Source: an uncultured archaeon (GTDB lineage Archaea; Asgardarchaeota; Lokiarchaeia; Sigyniarchaeales; SOKP01). Taken from it: a stretch of DNA of 64,000 bases. The position numbers and the translations under genes were made by a program. Of the stretch, positions 30,657 through 40,123 are shown piece by piece (the stretch's first letter is position 1; each line of letters starts with the position of its first letter). Location of the stretch: positions 32,001 to 96,000 of the forward strand of contig CAYLZE010000006.1 in NCBI GenBank assembly GCA_964388035.1. The letters run 5' to 3'. The notes under the pieces are model-generated. The model was not told the origin of the DNA, made no database searches, and saw only the letters and a list, made by a program, of their open reading frames with translations.

Positions 30657-32654
30657 ATGACAGGAGAAAAGCAAAAGATAGTATTTGACGCCAATTTCTT
30701 CATTTGCATGAATTCAATCCATGCAAAAGATTTTCTGGATAATTTAGGAAAAGCAGGATTTGAATTGGGCTATGAATATTATATATCAGAGATGGTGTTT
30801 GAAGAGATTAAAGCACCCCAAAATTTTAGGGAAAAATTTAAAGAAGTAGTAAATGTTAAAAAAATTGAAGCTAATCAAATTGACGAAATAAAGTCGAATT
30901 TAAAATCTTTCAACATACGATTTCCCGCTCAAGACCCCGATCTAAGTCTTGTTGCATTAGCAAATATTCTATTGAGTGAAGGTAATAACTCTAATGTACA
31001 TTTAGTTAGCGATGATTTTAAACTTGTAAAAAATACAAACCTACTTTACCGAGGAAAAATAAATATTCTTTCCCTATCCAGTTTCCTCTTAAAAGTTCAG
31101 AGATCCACGACTAAAAAAGTAAGACGGAATTATTTTGAGAATATTTGGAAGAAAAGCTTAAATTATACCTTGTCTTACATGATAGAACGCTCTAAAATAT
31201 ACCCTGCGGAGGAGAAAATACAATGGTTAATCGAGCGAGCTGTAGCGGTAACTGAAGATTCTATTGTCACGAAAGATGCACAATTATCATCCAATAAGAC
31301 GATGGAATTTAGAATAGGAGGGAAGAAATATTCAGAGCAAATTGCAATTGCAGAAAAATATATTGAAAACCAAAATCTTCCGGCAAGCGATGAAGTACTC
31401 GTTCAAAATATAATTACATTCCTCGAAAATTTGAAAATATCAAGAGAATACGTGAAGAGAGCCAGGGATGCCATTATTAAAAATGAGGCAAAAGAGGCGG
31501 TAAAATTCTTGAAAAAAGGAAATGGATTCTTGATTTCGCTGTTGCAATTAGCATCTGGGCGTCTACAAAAAGCTAATGATTATGAAATTGTGGAGCAATT
31601 AATTTGCATGGAAATTTCAAAAATGGAATTTTTACATTCATTTCTATTAATCTCTTTAGGAAGGGTAAGTACTTCAATAGATTCCTTAGAGCGTGCCGCA
31701 TTATTCTCAACCATAATTCATAATTATGAAACATGTCTTACCCTGAATTATTTGAAAGCTCTGATTCTCCTTTTTCATTCTTTTTATAATGAGGCAATTA
31801 AACAATATAACTTTACGGAAGAATTATCCGAAATATACTCAGACGATAAATTAAAGTTGAAATGCTTGATTGGAAAAGCTATCGCTTTATATCTGCAAGG
31901 TGGAGAAAATGGGAATGATACAAGGGCTGCAATGGCAATCATGGAAGACATTTCTAACATGGACCTCGATAATGATTTTATTGACGCCATCATTGTTTTT
32001 ACAGATTTGGGAGACTATTTTCTAGCCCTGGGACATTCTCAAATTGCAACTAACCTTTATAATCAAGCATTGGAAATCTCTATCGATTACAAATTAGATC
32101 TTAAAAGTGAGATTCTTATTGAAAAATTAAAACGTTCCTATATAGCCACCGTTTTGGAAGGATATAGCACGGAAGAAATGGGTGTGAATTTAGATGTACT
32201 TTTGGATAAATCTTATTCCGTTAAAGATGTGGAAAAATATAATGATCAAATTAAAAAAATATCAAGTTTTAATCGGTTGTTTTATGAACCATTTCCTTAC
32301 ATCAAAGGCAAAAAAAAAAATGTCTTGTTCAAAGATTTACCTGAAGAACTTCAAAATGACTATCTTGAGGTGGTTCATATTGAAAAGAAAGAAGAGGATA
32401 ACCAAGTATTATTCATTGTCTCTCATTATGAATTAGGACTCTTAGGAATTAAAATTAAGACAGATCAGAATATAACGGGAGTGGCAGAAAATTATTCTTT
32501 AAAAATAAAACCTACCGCAAAAATGAAAATATATGACCCCGATTCGATATTAAGAGAATCTTATTTAATAAGAGCGATAATAGAGATAACGCAAAAGGAT
32601 CAAATTGATATTGTTTATACCTTACCCAGTTTTTTCAAACAATTGAACATTTAA
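30657..32654 (+). CDS. PIN-domain nuclease fused to TPR-like repeats
   Basis: VFDANFFI, VFEEI, DLSLVALA, LVSDDF; C-terminal helical repeats such as LGDYFLALGHSQIATNLYNQALEI. Confidence 0.75.
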   Translation: MTGEKQKIVFDANFFICMNSIHAKDFLDNLGKAGFELGYEYYISEMVFEEIKAPQNFREKFKEVVNVKKIEANQIDEIKSNLKSFNIRFPAQDPDLSLVALANILLSEGNNSNVHLVSDDFKLVKNTNLLYRGKINILSLSSFLLKVQRSTTKKVRRNYFENIWKKSLNYTLSYMIERSKIYPAEEKIQWLIERAVAVTEDSIVTKDAQLSSNKTMEFRIGGKKYSEQIAIAEKYIENQNLPASDEVLVQNIITFLENLKISREYVKRARDAIIKNEAKEAVKFLKKGNGFLISLLQLASGRLQKANDYEIVEQLICMEISKMEFLHSFLLISLGRVSTSIDSLERAALFSTIIHNYETCLTLNYLKALILLFHSFYNEAIKQYNFTEELSEIYSDDKLKLKCLIGKAIALYLQGGENGNDTRAAMAIMEDISNMDLDNDFIDAIIVFTDLGDYFLALGHSQIATNLYNQALEISIDYKLDLKSEILIEKLKRSYIATVLEGYSTEEMGVNLDVLLDKSYSVKDVEKYNDQIKKISSFNRLFYEPFPYIKGKKKNVLFKDLPEELQNDYLEVVHIEKKEEDNQVLFIVSHYELGLLGIKIKTDQNITGVAENYSLKIKPTAKMKIYDPDSILRESYLIRAIIEITQKDQIDIVYTLPSFFKQLNI

Positions 32655-32679
32655 TAGTTTAGAGAGCTTTTGAATCAGT

Positions 32680-32955
32680 TCAAGCTCCTTTTCTTTCAGT
32701 TTTCGCTCTTTGAGCTACTTTGCCCGTATGGATAGCGCAACTAATGCATAAATATTTATCGCTACTACCACCCAGAATAATCGTTCCTTCTTTCTTTAAT
32801 TCACGATACATTCTGCTATCAATTAAGGACGTCTTGGACGTAAATTTTTTGGCTTTACTTCGACTCACAAATCGCCCGCAATTAGCACATTGAACTTTTT
32901 GGTAATTTCCTTTACTTGAACCGGTATGTCCTCCACTCCTACGTTTCTTAGGCGT
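32680..32955 (-). CDS. rps26e: 30S ribosomal protein S26e (91 aa, apparent ACG start)
   Basis: Extending the 62-aa ORF upstream gives (M)PKKRRSGGHTGSSKGNYQKVQCANCGRFVSRSKAKK...YLCISCAIH; GGAGGT lies 7 nt upstream of the ACG. Confidence 0.93.
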   Translation of the reverse strand, partial: TPKKRRSGGHTGSSKGNYQKVQCANCGRFVSRSKAKKFTSKTSLIDSRMYRELKKEGTIILGGSSDKYLCISCAIHTGKVAQRAKTERKGA

Positions 32956-33091
32956 ACGAATAACCTCCTTTTATAAGAATTAGTATTTTTATTAAGTTCT
33001 AGCTTATAATAATTTACTAAAACTTAAATATTTTTGTTTCCTTTCAGTTTTCTAAAAGGTCTAAAAAAGTCTCTCGATTTTAAGGAATTAA

Positions 33092-33775
33092 CTATAAATT
33101 AGACTGATTTCTGTGTAATGCCAAATTAACAAGACTAAAGTATATTCTTTGCCCTAAAGTATAGATGAGAAGAAGAGTGAAAATGAAGATGAAAACAGGA
33201 AAAAACCAAGTAATAGGAGTACCCGTGAAAATTTTGGAAAGATTGTAGATCCAACTCTCTGCAATTAGAGCTATCGTTAAAAGAACCAATCTCTCCGCCC
33301 TCTCTAGAAAACCAACTCCTTTCATGGTAAGACCAAGATTCTCCGCTTTTGCTCGCGAATATGAAATCATGATAATTAAGAACATTAAAATAAAACCGTG
33401 GAGAAAGTTAATCAATTCTCCATAGATTAACCCAATGAAAATGATAATATCAGAGACACGGTCTAAATTGGAATCTAAAAATGCGCCTGCATCAGAAACC
33501 TTACCCGTTTTTCGAGCAACTTCTCCGTCGAAAACATCAAATACTCCTCCAATGAAGAGGAAAAAAGGAACTAACCATGCCAGCCAGAGGGGATCATGAA
33601 TAAAATTCAAAGCAATCATAACGGTTGAAATGGCAGAACAAAGAAAACCAAAAAGAGAGAGTAAATTTGGAGTAAAATGGCACTTGATAAAGAATTCTAC
33701 AGGTTTTGCAATTATTTTACCGATGAATTCCTTTTGATTTTTTCGCTTATCGGGAAGTTCTTGTTGACTATTCAA
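33092..33775 (-). CDS. pgsA: CDP-alcohol phosphatidyltransferase (archaetidylinositol-phosphate synthase-like)
   Basis: TPNLLS, DVFDGEVAR...GAFLDSNLDRVSD, SYSRAKAE, ERAER. Confidence 0.9.
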   Translation of the reverse strand: MNSQQELPDKRKNQKEFIGKIIAKPVEFFIKCHFTPNLLSLFGFLCSAISTVMIALNFIHDPLWLAWLVPFFLFIGGVFDVFDGEVARKTGKVSDAGAFLDSNLDRVSDIIIFIGLIYGELINFLHGFILMFLIIMISYSRAKAENLGLTMKGVGFLERAERLVLLTIALIAESWIYNLSKIFTGTPITWFFPVFIFIFTLLLIYTLGQRIYFSLVNLALHRNQSNL

Positions 33776-33832
33776 TTTTCAACTTTTTTTTAGAGGATTA
33801 TTTTAATTTAAACCATGGTTAGAATAAAAAAT

Positions 33833-34426
33833 TTATGTATCGTGGTAGATTATTATCTTTATTAATCGGATAACACTAGAAGCCAAGTATGATTTTAACC
33901 CCAGACTTATTACCTTAATTTTTTCTGACAGATGAGCTTCAAAACGATGAGAAATTCCCATTTGATTCCCTATAATGAATACCATTTTTTGGGGTGAGGT
34001 ACTATTATTCATTCCTTCCATTATATTAATACCTTTTTCCATCAATGCATGGGCTCTGTATCCATCTCTCATTAAATTTGAGAGAGAAGCGTTCATGTCC
34101 TGATCAATGTAGGCAACTCCCGATAGAGGATTGTTATTTAATTCCTTGATAGAATAATATGATTTAATCGCTTTAACGAAATAATCAGTAAACTGTAGCT
34201 CGTTCTTGGGAAAAATCTCATAGATTAATTTTTTCGGGTTGAAAATGAAGGTTCCATACTTCTTTAGAAATACCCAGATTTCTGAGCTAATATCAAATCC
34301 ATCATCATTCATTAAAGCGGCGAGCACGCAACGGGAAATTACGTCTAAACGACCTGTAGATCCGGGAATATCCTTGATGGTGTAATTGCTAATATCCACG
34401 GTATCTGATTCAATAAAAAATATCAT
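33833..34426 (-). CDS. trmY: tRNA (pseudouridine54-N1)-methyltransferase
   Basis: DIPGSTGRLDVISRC, SPOUT-type ISLGLKSYLAS. Confidence 0.85.
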   Translation of the reverse strand: MIFFIESDTVDISNYTIKDIPGSTGRLDVISRCVLAALMNDDGFDISSEIWVFLKKYGTFIFNPKKLIYEIFPKNELQFTDYFVKAIKSYYSIKELNNNPLSGVAYIDQDMNASLSNLMRDGYRAHALMEKGINIMEGMNNSTSPQKMVFIIGNQMGISHRFEAHLSEKIKVISLGLKSYLASSVIRLIKIIIYHDT

Positions 34427-34548
34427 GGGGTTAACTTGATTATGATTTGTTTAATTTAATTAAGGGGAATTATTAGAATTTATCCTAAAATTGGAATTTT
34501 ACAAGCTATACGATTTCTTTGATAATTTTAATATTACAAAACCAAAGA

Positions 34549-34596
34549 TTTAAATACTGTGTAATACACAGATCAATAGTGTGTCATGCACAATAT
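34549..34596 (+). promoter_or_regulatory. TATA box plus tandem palindromic operator upstream of padR
   Basis: TTTAAATA 34549-34556; CTGTGT-AAT-ACACAG 34557-34571; TGTGT-CAT-GCACA 34580-34592. Confidence 0.65.
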
Positions 34597-34617
34597 TTAA
34601 AAAAAATCGATCAAACC

Positions 34618-34971
34618 ATGAACCAAACAACTGAAGAAATTATTGAAAATTGGATAAAGCAACTTCGAAAAGGGACTCTTGAGTTGGCTATATTATCTTT
34701 CATAAATAAACATTCTGAAAATACATACGGATATGATCTAATCAAGAATCTCAATGAAGCGGAAATTGAAATTGAAGGAAATACCGTATACCCGATATTG
34801 AGAAGATTAGAAAAAGCAGAATTAATTGAATCTACATGGATTACCAAAGATAATCAACCTAAAAAGTTCTTCAAGATTACCCAAGCTGGACACATAATAT
34901 TAAAGAGAATGAAAAAAGAATGGTCATTTTTTAATACACAAATTAAACATTTTATAAATGAAGAGGTGTAG
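34618..34971 (+). CDS. PadR-family transcriptional regulator
   Basis: QLRKGTLELAIL, YGYDL, GNTVYPILRRLE, KKFFKITQAG; ATG 34618 preferred. Confidence 0.93.
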   Translation: MNQTTEEIIENWIKQLRKGTLELAILSFINKHSENTYGYDLIKNLNEAEIEIEGNTVYPILRRLEKAELIESTWITKDNQPKKFFKITQAGHIILKRMKKEWSFFNTQIKHFINEEV

Positions 34972-34974
34972 ATT

Positions 34975-35643
34975 GTGAACAAAGAAGCAGAATTGATGAT
35001 GTCTAATTATATTAAAAAAGTTAAAAAATCTTGGGACTACCTCCCAAAAGACGAGTTAAAAAAAAGAATTGAAATGGTGGAAACCCACATCCTAGATGCA
35101 ATTAAAGATCAGAAAGGTGAGCTTACTGAGGTAGAAATCATCAAAAAATCCATGGAAGAGCTTGGAATTCCGATTAGAACAACAGATATTAAAGAAATCG
35201 TTAAGGGATACCTAAGCATTATTATAATCGGGATCGTATTTATCATTGGAGATTTACTATATTTTTATCCCACATATAAATATTCAATTTCCATCCCCTA
35301 CTTTTTGATTATTTTCACGGGAGACGTGGGTCATGAAGCTTGGAAAAAGTATATAGCCGTCCACGTGCACGATAAAAGAATTAATCTCCTATATGCCTGG
35401 ATTTTTTTCCCAATACTCTCTCTTGAATTATGGCTTGTAAATACATGGAACTTATTACCATCCGTAGGAATAATCAGCATATTTCTCTTAGGAACAATGA
35501 TCTATGGAATTGTACTAATCGTATTTACAATAATTGCATTTGTTTCTCCTGGAGAAGTATTTGAAAAAAGATGTCCAAATTGTAATGAGCTATTACCTTT
35601 AAATGCAAAATATTGTTTAAAGTGCGGAGAATCTTTGGAATAG
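34975..35643 (+). CDS. PadR-associated membrane protein (HAAS/DUF1700-like N-terminus, 4 TM, C-terminal zinc ribbon)
   Basis: YIKKV...LP..E...VETHI.DA...ELG; CPNC...YCLKCG. Confidence 0.75.
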   Translation: MNKEAELMMSNYIKKVKKSWDYLPKDELKKRIEMVETHILDAIKDQKGELTEVEIIKKSMEELGIPIRTTDIKEIVKGYLSIIIIGIVFIIGDLLYFYPTYKYSISIPYFLIIFTGDVGHEAWKKYIAVHVHDKRINLLYAWIFFPILSLELWLVNTWNLLPSVGIISIFLLGTMIYGIVLIVFTIIAFVSPGEVFEKRCPNCNELLPLNAKYCLKCGESLE

Positions 35644-35732
35644 ATGAATAAAAATTGGATTATATAAAATTGATAATTAATGGTAATGAAAAAAGAATTG
35701 AAAAAAAATCACCATGTAAAAAGAATTTAACT

Positions 35733-35837
35733 TGTTAAGTAGATTTGACAGTGATAATAAAAATATGTATATTATATAATAATGGAGGATAAATTTAAAG
35801 AATAACATTTAAATTCAATGTTAAGTTTACTTAACAT
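35733..35837. promoter_or_regulatory. Two copies of a palindromic operator upstream of the ABC exporter
   Basis: Perfect ATGTTAAGT-TT-ACTTAACAT at 35818-35837 just after TTTAAA; degenerate TGTTAAGT-AG-ATTTGACA at 35733-35750. Confidence 0.6.
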
Positions 35838-35914
35838 AAGATTATTTTTTTTAATATAAATTTAATAAAAAAAATTAGAGAATGAACTATCTATAAATTA
35901 AGGACGAGACCGAA

Positions 35915-36910
35915 ATGAAAAAATATGTCATTAAAGAAGATGAATTGGTAATACATAAGGATAGAACCATAAAAGTTGAGCATCTTAAGAAATATTTTGA
36001 AGACGTAAAAGCCGTCGATGACATTTCTTTTGAAGTGAATAGTGGAGAATGCTTCGGATTTCTGGGTCCTAATGGGGCGGGAAAAACGACTACTATAAAC
36101 ATCTTAGCTTGTTACCTAACTCCAGACGAAGGAAATGTGGAAGTAAATGGATTAGACGTGGTAAAAGAAAAAAATAAGGTGAAAGAAAGTATCGGAATAT
36201 GCCCTCAGGAGAACATTTTTTTTGAAGAATTAACAGTTTACGAAAATTTGATTTTTTTTGGTAACATGTACTCTGTTGATTCTAAATCCCTGAAAGAACG
36301 CGTGAATCGCTTGATAGAAAAAGTGGGATTAGGAGAGAAACGCAAAACAAAAGTTCAAAAACTTTCGGGAGGGATGAAAAGAAGGTTGAACCTCATTATT
36401 GGATTGGTACATGATCCCGAGATCATTTTCCTTGATGAGCCCACGGCAGGATTGGATCCACAAGCAAGAAGACTGATATGGGATTATATATTTGAATTAA
36501 AAAAACTAAATAAAACCATTTTCCTGACCACTCATAACATGGAGGAGGCAGATGCCTTATCAAATCGCCTAGCGATTATCGATCATGGAAAAATCATCGC
36601 AACGGGTAGTCCTGAAGAATTAAAAGAGAGTATTGGTAAGGGGGATCTGTTATCCTTTAAAATAGAAGGACCGAGAGAAAGTTTAATGCAAACCATGGAA
36701 AACCTTAAAAACATGGAGTACGTCTTGAGTGTAAGTTATGTTGAGGAAGATAACTTGACGCGAATCAGTGCCATGGATGGGTTGGGCAAGGTGGGTAAGA
36801 TCATAAAAGAATTCACTAGCAATGGCCTTCAAATTTTGGATGTTGGCGTGCAGCGGAATAGCCTAGAAAACGTGTTCTTGGCACTTACCGGCAGGTCCTT
36901 AAGAGATTGA
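35915..36910 (+). CDS. ABC-2 exporter ATP-binding subunit (DrrA-like)
   Basis: GPNGAGKT, LSGGMKRR, FLDEPTAGLDP, TTHNMEEA. Confidence 0.95.
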   Translation: MKKYVIKEDELVIHKDRTIKVEHLKKYFEDVKAVDDISFEVNSGECFGFLGPNGAGKTTTINILACYLTPDEGNVEVNGLDVVKEKNKVKESIGICPQENIFFEELTVYENLIFFGNMYSVDSKSLKERVNRLIEKVGLGEKRKTKVQKLSGGMKRRLNLIIGLVHDPEIIFLDEPTAGLDPQARRLIWDYIFELKKLNKTIFLTTHNMEEADALSNRLAIIDHGKIIATGSPEELKESIGKGDLLSFKIEGPRESLMQTMENLKNMEYVLSVSYVEEDNLTRISAMDGLGKVGKIIKEFTSNGLQILDVGVQRNSLENVFLALTGRSLRD

Positions 36911-36925
36911 TAAAGAGGTGAAAAT

Positions 36926-38473
36926 ATGATACGATTAATTGTTTTAGTGAAAAAAAACCTATTAAGATTCATTCGGAACCCTAAAACCTTGGGACTTTTA
37001 ATACTTATTCCGGTGGTGTATTATGCAATGATTGGTGCCATATTTGGAGGCATCAACTTTGAAGACACGACGACTACATATTATGTAGGATGGATCGATC
37101 ACGATAATACCACCGCCAATTACAAATATCACCCCAATTTTAAATTGGACTTCATTAATAATTTTATCACCACGAATGTTTCCGGTATTAATCTTGTTAA
37201 TTATACCACCCAAGAAGTCGCTAAAGCTGCATCCTTAAACGGTACGATTTCTGCTTATGTTTATTTTCCGCAAGGATTCGAGAAAGATTTGGAACAACGG
37301 TCTTACCTGAGATTGGCATTTTGGGATAAGGATAATTCCAATTCTACCCTGGGATATTCAAAAGCAGGTTATTTAGCCAGTTTAGAATCCACCTTGACGT
37401 CGGAGATAAAATTCACAAATGTTTCGGGCAAAGGGAATAAAATCTATAATAATTTTGATGATTATCAATATGATGCCATGCTGGTAATTAACGATAATTT
37501 TCTCAAGGGGTTAGATAACAAATGGAACGTTAACATGAGCTATTTATACAGAAAAAATAATACTTCTGGTCAAAATGCTTATGTAATGGGAAAGGTGATT
37601 AGTGCAACATACAACTATTTTTATTCTATCAATTACTTGCTAAGATCCAATTTTAGCTTCACGACTGACAGGGAAATTGCAGATAGCACTCCTTTTGACC
37701 CCATCCAATACGAGATCTATTTCCTTCAAACTGTATCTCCCGCAGAAAAGGCGGCAATCAAAAACATTATAACCCAAGTAATAGACGGAATAATCAATGG
37801 TGACCCAATTCAAATACAATTAGAAGCGGAAGAAAAGAGCACCGTTGGCAGAAAGGTGAACAATATCACATACTCTGCCCCCGGTTATGTTTTGTATGGG
37901 CCCATGACGATCTTGACTTTTGCATTAGTCGTCTTAACGGATGAAAAAAAGCAAGGCATTTACAAACGATTATCATCAACAGAAGTCAAGAATTGGGAAA
38001 TAATCTCCTCCAGCATTATATCTAACATCACGTTGATATTCATGCAATTTGCAATTGGTGCCTTCATATTATACTTATTTGGCTGGAACCCGATTGTATA
38101 TTCATTATTTGATGCCGTAGTTGGAATTATTTTAACCATGCTATTATTTTCCTTTTTGATTTTAGCTTTGGCATTCGCATTAGCTCCGGTGTTTAAAGAT
38201 CCGGATACTGCAGGAGGAGGGGTGTGGATCATCCTCATTCCTTTATCGATGCTTTCAGGGATCTTCGTTCCCGTGGAATTATTTGGCGAACAAATGCAAG
38301 CCATTGCTTCTTGGTTGCCACCGAGATTTGCAGTGGTCGCACTACAAAATCTCCTATTAAATGGGCTTCCCTTAAATAATCCAGAAACGCTCATAAATCT
38401 AGGATTACTTTTACTCTATTCAGCTGTAATTTTTATTATCGGGTTGAAACTCTTTAATAAATTCAAATCTTAA
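36926..38473 (+). CDS. ABC-2 exporter permease with large Asn-rich extracellular domain
   Basis: N-terminal TM, many NxS/T sequons, EKKQGIYKRL, LSGIFVP. Confidence 0.9.
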   Translation: MIRLIVLVKKNLLRFIRNPKTLGLLILIPVVYYAMIGAIFGGINFEDTTTTYYVGWIDHDNTTANYKYHPNFKLDFINNFITTNVSGINLVNYTTQEVAKAASLNGTISAYVYFPQGFEKDLEQRSYLRLAFWDKDNSNSTLGYSKAGYLASLESTLTSEIKFTNVSGKGNKIYNNFDDYQYDAMLVINDNFLKGLDNKWNVNMSYLYRKNNTSGQNAYVMGKVISATYNYFYSINYLLRSNFSFTTDREIADSTPFDPIQYEIYFLQTVSPAEKAAIKNIITQVIDGIINGDPIQIQLEAEEKSTVGRKVNNITYSAPGYVLYGPMTILTFALVVLTDEKKQGIYKRLSSTEVKNWEIISSSIISNITLIFMQFAIGAFILYLFGWNPIVYSLFDAVVGIILTMLLFSFLILALAFALAPVFKDPDTAGGGVWIILIPLSMLSGIFVPVELFGEQMQAIASWLPPRFAVVALQNLLLNGLPLNNPETLINLGLLLLYSAVIFIIGLKLFNKFKS

Positions 38474-38535
38474 ATATCATTTTTTTTGATCTTTTTTTCA
38501 TAATTTTTAACTTAAAACGTTATTTTAATAAGAAT

Positions 38536-39579
38536 ATGGTAACAAGACCCACTTTTGGGAATAATTTATCAATTGATAAATTAAATTCGCTTGATGATTA
38601 TGCTGTATTTACCATGGAAGAACCATGGAAGATCATTAACGAAAAGATCAATACAATGCCAAGAATCCTCAATTTCAATCGAGAGATGTCTTTAGAGAAT
38701 TTGAATAAAATTTACAAAGACTTAATCTCTAAAAGAATAAATGGATGCACTCTGATTGGATTAGGAGGAGGAACAGCATGCGATACCGCAAAATTCATGG
38801 CATGGAAGTTAAAAGAAGAAAAGATTTCATCTTGTCCTCTCATTTTAATTCCTTCTATCATCTCCGTGGATGCATTTTTGTGTTCTTCCATTGCCGTGAG
38901 AATTGCTGATAAAGTGAAATATGTTGGAGAAAGTGCCCCAAAAGAGATATTAATAGATTATGATTTAATAAAAAGTGCTCCAAATTATCTTAACAGGGCG
39001 GGGGTTTCGGATACCATTTCCATTACTTCCGCATTAGGTGATTGGATCATTGCAAGAAATGAGATAAATGAAAAATTTGATCAAGGTGTATTTACTAATG
39101 CTAAAAGAATTGTTGAAGACTTGATGAAAGCTAAAGAAGATATTCATGCTGTTTCGAACGATGGAATAAAAGCATTAGTAGATGGATTTTATCGAGAAGT
39201 CGAATTAACCAAGAAATGGGGAAATGCGAGACCCGAAGAGGGAAGCGAACATTTTCTGGCTTATTGCTTGGAGTCGATTACTCATGAGCATTATATTCAT
39301 GGAAATATTATTGGTTTAAACATATTGATTAGCTTAATCCTACAAGAGGAAAGAGCAGTTTTTCCTTTGGAGCTTATTCAACAATTCTTTAAAGATATTG
39401 AATTATCAATCTCACCAGAAAAGCAGAATATTTCTTTGGATCAATTGGAAAACGCGTTGAAAATGATAAAGAGGTATGTTGAATCCGAAGGATTATTTTA
39501 TTCAATTTATAATTCCCCTCAATTAATCCTTAATGAAGATAAAATAAACATAATTTTAGATTTTGTTAAAAAATTATGA
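38536..39579 (+). CDS. Glycerol-1-phosphate dehydrogenase-like (EgsA/AraM; DHQS-like alcohol dehydrogenase family)
   Basis: GLGGGTACDTAK, PSIISVDA, RAGVSD, GSEH, HGNIIG. Confidence 0.75.
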   Translation: MVTRPTFGNNLSIDKLNSLDDYAVFTMEEPWKIINEKINTMPRILNFNREMSLENLNKIYKDLISKRINGCTLIGLGGGTACDTAKFMAWKLKEEKISSCPLILIPSIISVDAFLCSSIAVRIADKVKYVGESAPKEILIDYDLIKSAPNYLNRAGVSDTISITSALGDWIIARNEINEKFDQGVFTNAKRIVEDLMKAKEDIHAVSNDGIKALVDGFYREVELTKKWGNARPEEGSEHFLAYCLESITHEHYIHGNIIGLNILISLILQEERAVFPLELIQQFFKDIELSISPEKQNISLDQLENALKMIKRYVESEGLFYSIYNSPQLILNEDKINIILDFVKKL

Positions 39580-39760
39580 GCAACACTGCTTTTTCACTAG
39601 CATTGTAGCAAGGTTCACGGACAATCAAGTAATTCTTTCTCGCAAGCTACTTTTCCATGTTTTATCATGTATTTAGAATGATAAAAAATTGGACTCCTTT
39701 ATTGATTAATACCGTCCTAAATAATAAGAATAATAAAGAGCAAAATAGCTTGAAAGTATA

Positions 39761-39928
39761 ATGTTAAATTTCATGTTCCTTATTCTGAATGTACTATTAC
39801 TCATTTTTCTAATCGCATTTTTTTCAAAATATGAGAATAAAAAATATCGTTTATTCATGATTATTTATGTGGTGTTCACTGCAATATTTGATATCTTTGC
39901 AGGAATTATCGTAATGGGCGGATTATAA
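39761..39928 (+). CDS. Possible 55-aa two-TM small protein or membrane gene remnant
   Basis: Manual translation MLNFMFLILNVLLLIFLIAFFSKYENKKYRLFMIIYVVFTAIFDIFAGIIVMGGL; AT-rich DNA can produce such ORFs by chance. Confidence 0.3.
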   Translation: MLNFMFLILNVLLLIFLIAFFSKYENKKYRLFMIIYVVFTAIFDIFAGIIVMGGL

Positions 39929-40123
39929 AGGATTAAATAAGCGTTGCACATGCACGATATTATTTTGATTCTTTTATTAGTATTTTACTCTCCTTTGCAA
40001 ATCAGGATTATAATAAAACTAGATCAAGAATCATGGAACTTGTCATTAATTCTACAACTGCTGGAAGGGTTACTATATTAACTTTTAAAAGGGAAAACTA
40101 AAAAAAAGAAAAAATTAATAAAA

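Noticed and set aside
32680-32868. 62-aa ORF as given in the track
   Set aside because: Truncated call of rpS26e; it lacks the first CxxC and the PKKR start
34519-34617. N-terminal 33 aa of PadR from the TTG start
   Set aside because: This stretch contains the TATA box and operators; ATG 34618 matches the family start
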